The position numbers were made by a program, and so were the translations under genes. Under the pieces are notes generated by a model. That model was not told the DNA's origin, ran no database searches, and saw only the letters and a list, made by a program, of their open reading frames with translations. A stretch of 64,000 nt of DNA from an uncultured Chloroflexia bacterium (GTDB taxonomy: Bacteria; Chloroflexota; Limnocylindria; Limnocylindrales; CSP1-4): positions 12,636-76,635 of the forward strand of contig CAVZYT010000005.1 of NCBI GenBank assembly GCA_963779575.1, written 5' to 3'. Below are positions 56,495-64,000 of the stretch, in pieces. Position 1 is the first letter of the stretch. Every line of letters starts with the position of its first letter.

Positions 56495-57369
56495 CGCCGG
56501 CTCCGGCGGGTGAACGCCAGCTGCACGACCGTGAACAGGAGCACGACCGCCGCGATGATCAGCGACAGGGCGGCCCCGTAGCCCAGCTTGAGGTACGGGA
56601 AGGAGTTCAGGTAGACGTAGAACACGGCCGTCGCCGTCTGGTTGAACGGCTGGCCGGCGGTCATCACGTAGAACTGGTCGAACGCCAGTAGCGAGCCGAT
56701 GACGCTGACCAGCGTCACGAGCAGGATCGTGGGTGCCGTGAGCGGCACGATCACCCGGGTCACGCGTTGCCAGTAGCTCGCCCCGTCAACGAGCGCGGCC
56801 TCGTTGATCTCAGCGGGGATCGCCTGGATGGCGGCCACGAACAGCAGCATTCCGAACCCGATGACCTTCCAGGTCACCGAGCCGATGATCGCCCACGTCG
56901 ACAGGTTCTCGTCGGTGCCCAGCCACAGGATCGGCTTGTTGATCAGGCCGAGGTCCGTGAGCGCCGCATTGATCGGGCCGAACGTCGGGTTGAACAGCCA
57001 GTACCACAGCAGGCTCGAGACGCCGAGGCCGATGACCACCGGGATGAACACGACGGTCCGGGTCACCCGCCGGATCGGCGAGTTGGTCGACACGAGCAGG
57101 GCGATGACGTAGCCGCCGACGATGAGGATCGGCGTGATGAACAGCGTGTACTTGAGGCTGTAGGTGAGCGAGGTCCAGAACTGGTGGTCGCTGAACGCAC
57201 GTGTGAAGTTGCCGACGCCGAGGTACTTGGGAGGCGAGATGAGCGACCAGCTGTTGAACGACATCCAGACGAGCTGGATGAGCGGGTAGGCCGTGAAGAC
57301 GAGCACGAACAGCAGCGCGGGGGAGAGGAACAGGAGCCCGTACAGCTTGTTCCTGCGGGTCGCCAGCAT
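56491..57369 (-). CDS. Carbohydrate ABC transporter permease (MalF-like)
   Basis: 6 TM. EAA loop ..EAALVDGASYWQRVTRVIVPLTAP.. 4-nt overlap with the downstream gene. Confidence 0.85.
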   Translation of the reverse strand: MLATRRNKLYGLLFLSPALLFVLVFTAYPLIQLVWMSFNSWSLISPPKYLGVGNFTRAFSDHQFWTSLTYSLKYTLFITPILIVGGYVIALLVSTNSPIRRVTRTVVFIPVVIGLGVSSLLWYWLFNPTFGPINAALTDLGLINKPILWLGTDENLSTWAIIGSVTWKVIGFGMLLFVAAIQAIPAEINEAALVDGASYWQRVTRVIVPLTAPTILLVTLVSVIGSLLAFDQFYVMTAGQPFNQTATAVFYVYLNSFPYLKLGYGAALSLIIAAVVLLFTVVQLAFTRRSRR

Positions 57370-57540
57370 GGCTCTCCAGGGTCGCTCCGGCGGGGCGGCT
57401 GCCCGGCCGGTCGGCTATGGATTGTGATCGTCCCTGCCCGTGATCGGCGGGTGGCGTGACCGCCCGCGCCGGGAATGATCGGGCCGCGACGGCTCGGGCG
57501 AGTCGTCGCGGCCCAGACGGAGGAGGAGCCGGTCCCGTCT

Positions 57541-58977
57541 CTAGGACTGGCAGGAAATCGTCTTCATCGCCTCCTTGGCATCGGAGATGACCTGGTCGAG
57601 GTCATCGTCCGTGTAGTAGGCCCGCTGGAGCATCTGCAGCCAGGGACCCTGGGGCGAGTTGATCTGCTCGAAGAAGGTGAGCGTGTACGGGGTGCGCCCG
57701 ACTTCCAGCGCCTTGGCCACGTCCTGGACGAGGGGCTCGGCCTGGAAGTACTTGTTGTTGGCCATGTCGCTGCGAGTGGTCAGGTTGAGCAGCTTGGCGT
57801 AGCCCTCGACCTGCTCGTTGTCGGACAGGATGAACTTCATGAACTCGACGGCGTCGTCGACCCGCTTGCTGCCGTTCGGGACGACGACCAGGTCGCCGCC
57901 GATGAACGACGCTGCCTTGCCGGCGTCCATGCCCGGCAGGTCGGTGATCCCGAACTTGAAGGTATGGTCCGGGGGTCCCTTCATCTGGTTGTTGGCCAGG
58001 GTGATGTTGAAGTTGCCCGTGCCCATCATGCCGATCTTGCCGGTGCCGAACTGCTCGGCGAAGGTGTCACCGGTCTCGCCCCGGGCGCTATCGGGGACGT
58101 TGCCGGCCTTCACCATGTCGCGCGTCCACTGGAGGATTTCCTTGACGCCGTCACCGACGAGCGGCTCGTCGCCGCACTTGCCGGCCTCGATCTGCGCGCC
58201 CGACGCCCACATGAGCGGACCGACGGTGAAGATGTTGCAGCCCGCGCAGTTGCCGGGGAGGTAGTAGCCCTTGATGTCGCCGCCGAGGGCCGTGATCTTG
58301 TCCGCGTATTCCTTGAGCTCGGCCAGGCTCGTGGGCGGCTTGTTGGGATCGAGACCCGCCTTCTCGAACAGGTCCTTGTTGTAGAACAGGGCCGAGACGT
58401 CCGCGTACAGCGGCACGCCGTAGAGCCTGTCGTTGAACGTCGCCACGGTCATGTGGCCGGGGCTCGCGGTCTTGAGCTCGGGCCAGCTGGAGATCTTGTC
58501 GGTCAGGTCGACGAGCTGACCCAGGTTCTCGAACTGGGGCGCGTAGATCAGGTCCATGCCCATCAGGTCGGGCACGTCGCCCGAGGCGATTCCCTGGGCG
58601 ATCTTGCCGACCATCTCGGCGTGCGGGATGTAGCTGAGGTTGATCAGCTTGGTCGGGTTGGCCTTGTTCCAGTCGCACACGAGCTGGTCGACCATGCCCT
58701 TGTTGCCGCCCGACCGCTCCCACATCTGCATCGCCGACGCATCGCCCGTCCGAGCACAGTCCGCGGCGGGCTCGGGGGTGGCGACGGCGGCCGGGGGCGC
58801 GCTCTCCGACGGCGGGGCCGAGGCCTCGGTCGACGCCGGCGCCGTGGTCGGGGCCGGTGCGGGGGTGGACGCCGCCGTCGATCCGGCGGGGGCGGGCGTC
58901 GTCGTCGATCCCGACGAACAGGCGACCACCACGCTGGCCAGGACCGCGAGGACGGGCACCCTGCGAAGGATCCTCAT
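57541..58977 (-). CDS. Carbohydrate ABC transporter substrate-binding lipoprotein
   Basis: I chose the start MRILRRVPVLAVLASVVVACSSG after AAGGAGGAG. Lipobox VVAC, a Pro/Ala/Thr linker, then a family-1 SBP. Confidence 0.85.
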   Translation of the reverse strand: MRILRRVPVLAVLASVVVACSSGSTTTPAPAGSTAASTPAPAPTTAPASTEASAPPSESAPPAAVATPEPAADCARTGDASAMQMWERSGGNKGMVDQLVCDWNKANPTKLINLSYIPHAEMVGKIAQGIASGDVPDLMGMDLIYAPQFENLGQLVDLTDKISSWPELKTASPGHMTVATFNDRLYGVPLYADVSALFYNKDLFEKAGLDPNKPPTSLAELKEYADKITALGGDIKGYYLPGNCAGCNIFTVGPLMWASGAQIEAGKCGDEPLVGDGVKEILQWTRDMVKAGNVPDSARGETGDTFAEQFGTGKIGMMGTGNFNITLANNQMKGPPDHTFKFGITDLPGMDAGKAASFIGGDLVVVPNGSKRVDDAVEFMKFILSDNEQVEGYAKLLNLTTRSDMANNKYFQAEPLVQDVAKALEVGRTPYTLTFFEQINSPQGPWLQMLQRAYYTDDDLDQVISDAKEAMKTISCQS

Positions 58978-59097
58978 CCGTAACTCCTCCTTGCCAAGCC
59001 GGGCGGCGGCTAGCGGGTGGCGAGATGCTTCCGGTCCGCGGCCCTCGGCGTTGCGCACACTACCATGTTTTCGAACGAGCAATCGAGTGCATACATT

Positions 59098-59113
59098 CGT
59101 TTGCAGTCAAACG
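59098..59113. promoter_or_regulatory. Near-perfect LacI-type operator CGTTTGCA-GTCAAACG upstream of the ABC/GH127 operon
   Basis: CGTTTG and CAAACG are reverse complements. The site differs from a perfect 16-bp palindrome at the two central bases. It lies 121 nt upstream of the SBP start, in the divergent intergenic region. Confidence 0.4.
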
Positions 59114-59182
59114 ATCGGAAGTCGCTCTGGGCAGCCCGTCGGTGGCCCGGGTACGCTTCACGCGCACCCCTAGGAGGCAGCG

Positions 59183-60139
59183 ATGGGCGAGCTCCGCCTC
59201 GGCCTGAACCTGTGGAGCCAGGCGTCGGACTGGCCCTCGTTCCTCGATGCCGCGCGGCGCGCCGAACGGCTCGGTTTCGACCACCTCTGGACGTGGGACC
59301 ACATCCTCGCGATCTTCGGCGACCCCAGCCAGGCGATCTTCGAGGGCTACACCGCGCTCGCGGCGGCGGCCCAGGCGACCGAGCGGATTCGCCTGGGGCT
59401 GTTCGTCGGTGCCAACACCTTCCGCAATCCCGGGCTGGCCGTGAAGGCGCTCACGACCATCGACCACATCAGCGGCGGCCGGGCGATCATGGGCATGGGT
59501 GGGGCGTGGTTCGGCGACGAGCACCGCGCCTTCGGGATCGACTTCGGCTCGGGGTTCGGCGAGCGCCTCGACTGGCTGGCCGAATCGGCGGAGGCGACGC
59601 GGACCCTCCTCGACGGTGGCGAGGTCACCAGCGCGCCCGGTGGCCACTACGCCTTCGACCACCTCCGGATCGAGCCCAGGCCGATCCAGGCCCACCTCCC
59701 GATCATGATCGGCGGCGCCGGAGAGAGGAAGACCCTGCGGATCGTCGCCCGCCACGCGGACATGTGGAACGCGTTCGGGACGCCCGAGACGCTGGCGGCC
59801 AAGGACCAGATCCTGCGCGCGCACTGCGCGGACGTCGGCCGCGACCCCGAGGCGATCGAGCGCTCGGTCGGCTGCAAGATCACGATCCGGTCCAGCGCGG
59901 CGGAGGCGGATCGCGCCATGCACGCGTGGCTCGAGCACAACCGCACCCCACCCGAGCGGATCGCCGGCGACGCATCGGTCTGGACCGGGACGGCCGAGCA
60001 GATCGCTGACACGATGCTGGCCTATCGTCGGGTCGGCTTCGACACCTTCATCGTGGAGCTGCCGGCTCCGTACGACGTCGAGACGATGGAGTCGCTGATG
60101 ACCGTGGTGAAGCCGATGGTCACACGCGAGGCTCGTTGA
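59183..60139 (+). CDS. LLM-class (luciferase-like) F420-dependent oxidoreductase
   Basis: ..LGLNLWSQ..AERLGFDHLWTWDHI..GYTALAAAAQATERIRLGLFV..NPGLAVKALTTIDHISGGRAIMGMGGAW.. is typical of the TIGR03560-like LLM family. Confidence 0.85.
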   Translation: MGELRLGLNLWSQASDWPSFLDAARRAERLGFDHLWTWDHILAIFGDPSQAIFEGYTALAAAAQATERIRLGLFVGANTFRNPGLAVKALTTIDHISGGRAIMGMGGAWFGDEHRAFGIDFGSGFGERLDWLAESAEATRTLLDGGEVTSAPGGHYAFDHLRIEPRPIQAHLPIMIGGAGERKTLRIVARHADMWNAFGTPETLAAKDQILRAHCADVGRDPEAIERSVGCKITIRSSAAEADRAMHAWLEHNRTPPERIAGDASVWTGTAEQIADTMLAYRRVGFDTFIVELPAPYDVETMESLMTVVKPMVTREAR

Positions 60140-61178
60140 GGCCGAACGCCTCGGCGAGGCGCTTGGTCGCCGCCCACGAGCCGCGATCCTGGTTGCACAC
60201 GACCGACAGCGTGATCCCCTCGGCGAGGTGGCGCGTGAGCATCGCCGAGATGCCGGGATCCCCGCCGCCGTGGCCGATGATCGCCACCGACCCGTCAATC
60301 ACGGCCATCTCGCACCCGTAGCCGTACTGCTCGAGGTCGGTCCGGTTGGGCCCCTGCGGGCTGGTCATGGCCGCCACCAGCGGGGCGGGCAGCAGGCGCC
60401 CGCCGAGGATCGCGTCCATCAGCCGGGCGAGGTCGTGCGCCGTCGTGATCATCCCGCCATCGGGCATGCCGGACGCGGTCACGCTGTACATGTTCGTCTT
60501 CCATCGGTCGGCCGGTCCGTCATCGACCTTGTAGCCGACGGCGAGCCGCCGCGGGTCGTCGTCGAGTGCCTCGATCGCCGTGTCCCCGAGGCCCGCCGGC
60601 ACGAACACCTCCTCGGCCACGACCTCGCCGTAGGCACGCCCCGTCACGGCCTCGATCACCAGGCCGACGAGGATGAAGTTGGCGTCGCCGTAGCGGTACT
60701 CGGCGCCGGGCGCAGCTCGCGCGGGCAGGTCCTTGAACAGCGGCAGGATGTCCGCCGGCCGGCGCGCGTGGTACGTCGCGACCCGGTCCCAGCACGACAT
60801 CCACGAGGCCCCGGTCGCGTCGTCGTCGTCGTGGTAGTTGGTCAGCCCCGACGTGTGCGACAGGAGGTGGTGGAGGGTGAGCTCCGGCGTCACCGCTGTC
60901 GGGACCTGCTCGGGCGGCAGGAGCTCGACGAGTGGCTGGTCCAGCGAGATGAGGCCGCGGTCGACGAACCGGAGCGCGGTCACGGCCGTGGCCATCTTGG
61001 TGATCGAGGCGACCGCGAACCTCGTGTCCAGCGCCACCGGAACGCCGAGCCCCCGGTGGGCGAGGCCGCCGGCATATTCGAAGATCGGGGCGCCGTCACT
61101 CCATGCGATGGCGACGCCCCGGAAGGCGCTGGTGGCGACTCGCTCGTCGAACCAGGCACGGAGCTCAGCTTCGTTCAT
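60120..61178 (-). CDS. Serine hydrolase, beta-lactamase (class C-like/PBP) family
   Basis: I chose the start MNEAELRAWF. SITK (SxxK) motif and YGDANF (YxN-like). Confidence 0.8.
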   Translation of the reverse strand: MNEAELRAWFDERVATSAFRGVAIAWSDGAPIFEYAGGLAHRGLGVPVALDTRFAVASITKMATAVTALRFVDRGLISLDQPLVELLPPEQVPTAVTPELTLHHLLSHTSGLTNYHDDDDATGASWMSCWDRVATYHARRPADILPLFKDLPARAAPGAEYRYGDANFILVGLVIEAVTGRAYGEVVAEEVFVPAGLGDTAIEALDDDPRRLAVGYKVDDGPADRWKTNMYSVTASGMPDGGMITTAHDLARLMDAILGGRLLPAPLVAAMTSPQGPNRTDLEQYGYGCEMAVIDGSVAIIGHGGGDPGISAMLTRHLAEGITLSVVCNQDRGSWAATKRLAEAFGLNEPRV

Positions 61179-61217
61179 GCCCCGATTGTCGCCTGTCACA
61201 GCCGATACGATGCCGTC

Positions 61218-61904
61218 ATGTCGAACGCCGCCAGCCGCCGGATCGTCGACCTGAGCCACCCGATCGAGGCCGGCATGGTCACCTACCCGGGCCTGCCCGT
61301 TCCCGAGATCCACGCGATCCTCGATCGCGCCACCAGCGCCGGTCGCTACGCGGAGGGCGTGACCTTCCAGATCGACCTGATCACCCTGTGCGGGAACACC
61401 GGCACCTACATGGACAGCCCCTTCCACCGCTGGGAGGACGGCGCGGACCTCTCGGGACTGCCCCCGGAACGGCTGGTCGACCTGCCGGCCGTCCGCATCG
61501 ACGTCACCGGGAGCGCTTCCCCGGCCGTCGACGCCGCGGCCTTCGCCGGCTACGAGCTCGAGGGCCGGGCGGTCCTCGTCCATACCGGGTTCGACCGCTT
61601 CTGGCGCACCGACGCGTACCTTCGGGACAACCCGTTCCTGACCCGCGACGCCGTCGAGCTGCTGGTCGCGGCCGGTGCCGCGCTGGTCGGCATCGACTCC
61701 CTCAACATCGACTCGACCGCGGATCCTGAACGCCCGGCCCACTCCCTGCTGCTGCGCGCCGGCATCCCGATCATCGAGCACATGACGAACCTGGGCTCGA
61801 TCCCGGTCGATGGCGCGCGGTTCACGGCTATCCCCGCCCCGGTTCGAGGGACCGGCACCTTCCCGGTCCGGGCGCTCGCGGTGGTGCCAGGAGACGCCAC
61901 CTAG
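61218..61904 (+). CDS. Cyclase-family protein (kynurenine-formamidase-like fold)
   Basis: ..IVDLSHPIEAGMVTYPG.. ..GNTGTYMDSPFH.. ..VLVHTGFDRFW.. ..GIDSLNID.. follows the PF04199 layout. The usual HxGTHxDxPxH is altered. Confidence 0.7.
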   Translation: MSNAASRRIVDLSHPIEAGMVTYPGLPVPEIHAILDRATSAGRYAEGVTFQIDLITLCGNTGTYMDSPFHRWEDGADLSGLPPERLVDLPAVRIDVTGSASPAVDAAAFAGYELEGRAVLVHTGFDRFWRTDAYLRDNPFLTRDAVELLVAAGAALVGIDSLNIDSTADPERPAHSLLLRAGIPIIEHMTNLGSIPVDGARFTAIPAPVRGTGTFPVRALAVVPGDAT

Positions 61905-61977
61905 GGCGACCAAGGTCTGGACGCCGTCGGTACCGATGGCGCTTGTCGCTCCGGAGGTGCGCTGGTAGGTTCGGCCG

Positions 61978-63587
61978 ATGCCGGGCAAGCGCCGCTCCGC
62001 CCTCGTTCTCGTGCTCAGCGCATGGCTGGTCGCCCTCGCGAGCCCGGCCGCGGTGGCCGCGGGATCGGGCCGGTTCGTCGACGACAACAGCTCCAAATAC
62101 GAGAGCGCGATCGAGGCCATGTTCAAGGCGGGCGTGATGACCGCCTGCGACAAGCGGCACGACCGGTTCTGCCCCAATGGACGCGTCAGCCGGGGCGAGA
62201 TGGCCGGCTTCCTCGTGCAGGCGTTCAACCTCACGGCGACGAGCGGCGTCCACTTCAAGGACGTCACCAAGCACACGCCCCACGCGACGGCCATCAACCG
62301 GGTCGTCACCGCGGGCATCGCGTCGGGCTGCGGTCCGCACAAGTTCTGCCCCGGCAGCCACGTGTCGCGGGGCCGGATGGCGGCGTACCTGGCGAAGGCG
62401 CTCAAGCTGACGGCCACGAGCAGCAGCCGCTACAAGGACGTCCCCAAGAGCAACCCGTTTGCGACGGCGATCAGCAGGCTCTCGAAGGCGGGGGTCGCCA
62501 TCGGCTGCGGCCACGGCAAGTTCTGCCCCGGGCGCGACATCACCCGGGCCGAGACGGCCGGATTCCTGCAGCGCGCGCTGAGCATCACGCGCATCAGCGC
62601 CCAGCAGCCGGCGCCAGGCAACGCGTCCGGCGGCGCGGTGGTCCCGCCCGATGCCGGGGAGGCCGATGCCTCGGCGCCCGACCACGTCGTCGGCAGCGGG
62701 ACCCCGGCGAGCTGCACGTCGAAGGCGCTCGTCGCGGCGGTCGCCAAGGGTGGGGTCATCACCTTCAACTGCGGTCCGCAGCCCGGTCACGATCTACATG
62801 AGCGCCACGGCCAAGGTGTTCAACAACAAGCCGGACGTGGTCATCGACGGCGGCGGCCTGGTGACCCTGAACGGGCAGGGCGACCGCCGGATCCTGTACA
62901 TGAACACGTGCGATCCGGACCTTGTCTGGACCACGAGCCATTGCCAGAACCAGGACCACCCGACGCTGACCGTGCAGAACATCGCGTTCACCCGCGGCCG
63001 ATCGACCGGGCACGAGACCGAGGATGGCGGCGGTGCGATCTTCGTCCGTGGCGGCCGGTTCCGGGTCGTCAACGCCGGCTTCTACGGCAATCGGTGCGCC
63101 TCGACCGGGCCCGACATCGGCGGCGCCTCGATCCAGGTCTTCTCGCAGTACAACGGCCTGCCGGTCTACGTGGTCAACAGCACGTTCGGCGGCTCGGGGT
63201 CACGTCGCAACGAGTGCTCGAACGCCGGGGGGATCTCGAGCATCGGCGTCTCGTGGACCATCCTCAACAGCGTGTTCACCCACAACCGCGCCATCGGCTC
63301 CGGCGCCAACCCGGCCAAGAAGGGCACGCCGGGCGGCGGCAACGGCGGCGCGATCTACAACGACGGCAACGAGATGACGCTCCACGTGGAAGGGACGCGG
63401 ATCGAGGGCAACTGGTCCAACCACGAGGGCGGCAGCGGGATCTTCTTCGTCAGCAACAACGGGACGGGGTTCGTGGAGATCGTCGACTCGATCCTGCGCA
63501 ACAACGACGGCGACGGGTTCCAGACCTAACCCGGGCATCTTCTTCATGGGCAAGAAGATCACGATCACGAATTCGACGGTGGAGTAG
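61978..63587 (+). pseudogene. Secreted protein with three SLH-like repeats and a right-handed beta-helix (pectate-lyase-like) domain; 2 frameshifts (about 62785 and 63528)
   Basis: Signal peptide. There are 3 repeats of the type F(K/V)D(V)...A(I)..(V/L)..AG(V/I)..GC....FCP...(V/I)(S/T)R..(M/T)A.(F/Y)L..A(L/F). The beta-helix part (..VVIDGGGLVTLNG...GGAIFVRGGRFRVVNAGFYGN...) is in the next frame. The tail NPGIFFMGKKITITNSTVE* follows a frame change at the TAA at 63527. Confidence 0.7.
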
Positions 63588-63596
63588 CCGCCCGGG

Positions 63597-63992
63597 TCAC
63601 AGCAGCCCGAGCAGGTTCCCCGACAGGGCGACCACGATCGTGGCGGCGCCGAGGGCGGTCAGGGCCGCGCACAGGAGGGTCGCGGCCACCGATCGCGTGT
63701 GTGCTCCGACCCACGCGATGAGCGCGAGGCCGAGGACCCCCTCGCCGACCCAGTACGGACCGTAGGTCGTGTCCGCGATGGCCGTCAGCCCGTGGATCGC
63801 CTCGCCCACCAGGATCGCGGCGAGCGGCGCGATCCCGATGGCCACTCGGCGCGGATCGCGGTCGCGCACCCACGTCGCACCGACACCCAAGACGGGGCCG
63901 ACGACGATCGCCGCGGCGCCCCAAAACACGACGGTCGACGTCGACACGGCGTTGCCGCGGACGACCGTCATCAGGTCATAGCCGGCGAGCAT
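63597..63992 (-). CDS. Membrane protein (about 4 TM); may start beyond the window edge
   Basis: Hydrophobic segments are the only support. Confidence 0.45.
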   Translation of the reverse strand: MLAGYDLMTVVRGNAVSTSTVVFWGAAAIVVGPVLGVGATWVRDRDPRRVAIGIAPLAAILVGEAIHGLTAIADTTYGPYWVGEGVLGLALIAWVGAHTRSVAATLLCAALTALGAATIVVALSGNLLGLL

Positions 63993-64000
63993 CGCGACGA

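Noticed and set aside
1-64000. Looked for CRISPR arrays, rRNA genes, additional tRNAs and regularly spaced short repeats.
   Set aside because: No evenly spaced direct repeats were found. The only multi-copy short sequence is the 16-mer att core, with irregular kb-scale spacing. The TTCGAAT/T-loop context occurs only at 51493-51568.

Overview
Very GC-rich bacterial chromosomal window (GC judged by eye, not computed). The gene content fits an Actinomycetota- or Chloroflexota-like organism: an F420-type LLM oxidoreductase, many ECF sigma/anti-sigma pairs, an SLH-domain protein and PHA genes. The taxon cannot be fixed from this window. I can support about 60 protein-coding loci, one tRNA, and several repeat families.

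Layout:
- 1-9.8 kb: PHA locus (SDR, phasin, PadR, and one ORF joining a PhaE/R-like domain, a collagen-like repeat and PhaC), a Kelch-type anti-sigma/ECF pair, a frameshifted ribokinase, and a multiply frameshifted secreted metalloprotease.
- 9.8-51.5 kb: accessory-looking mosaic. It holds a sugar-acid ABC/GntR/enolase cassette, a DesK/NarL-type two-component system, a duplicated ECF/beta-propeller lipoprotein module, LuxR/TetR/AraC regulators, many membrane proteins and many gene fragments.
- 51.5-64 kb: tRNA-Arg(CCG), ChrB-domain protein, a LacI plus GH127 plus ABC arabinoside-type operon, LLM oxidoreductase, beta-lactamase-family protein, cyclase-family protein, and an SLH/beta-helix protein.

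Main observations:
1. The 16-nt 3-prime end of tRNA-Arg(CCG) occurs five times exactly, in one orientation, between 9816 and 51508. Some copies carry recombinase 3-prime remnants and a conserved flanking arm. This pattern suggests serial integrations at one tRNA.
2. The only full-length recombinase-type gene reads through the att core into the tRNA. It appears to lack the serine-recombinase catalytic domain and carries an HNH-like zinc module instead.
3. phaE/R-like and phaC sequences are joined in one ORF by 17 collagen-like GXY triplets. An indel artefact is a concrete alternative.
4. At least nine genes are frameshifted, and the frameshifts are strongly clustered in a few genes. This is either real decay or local assembly error.

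No CRISPR array, rRNA or recognisable defence system was seen.
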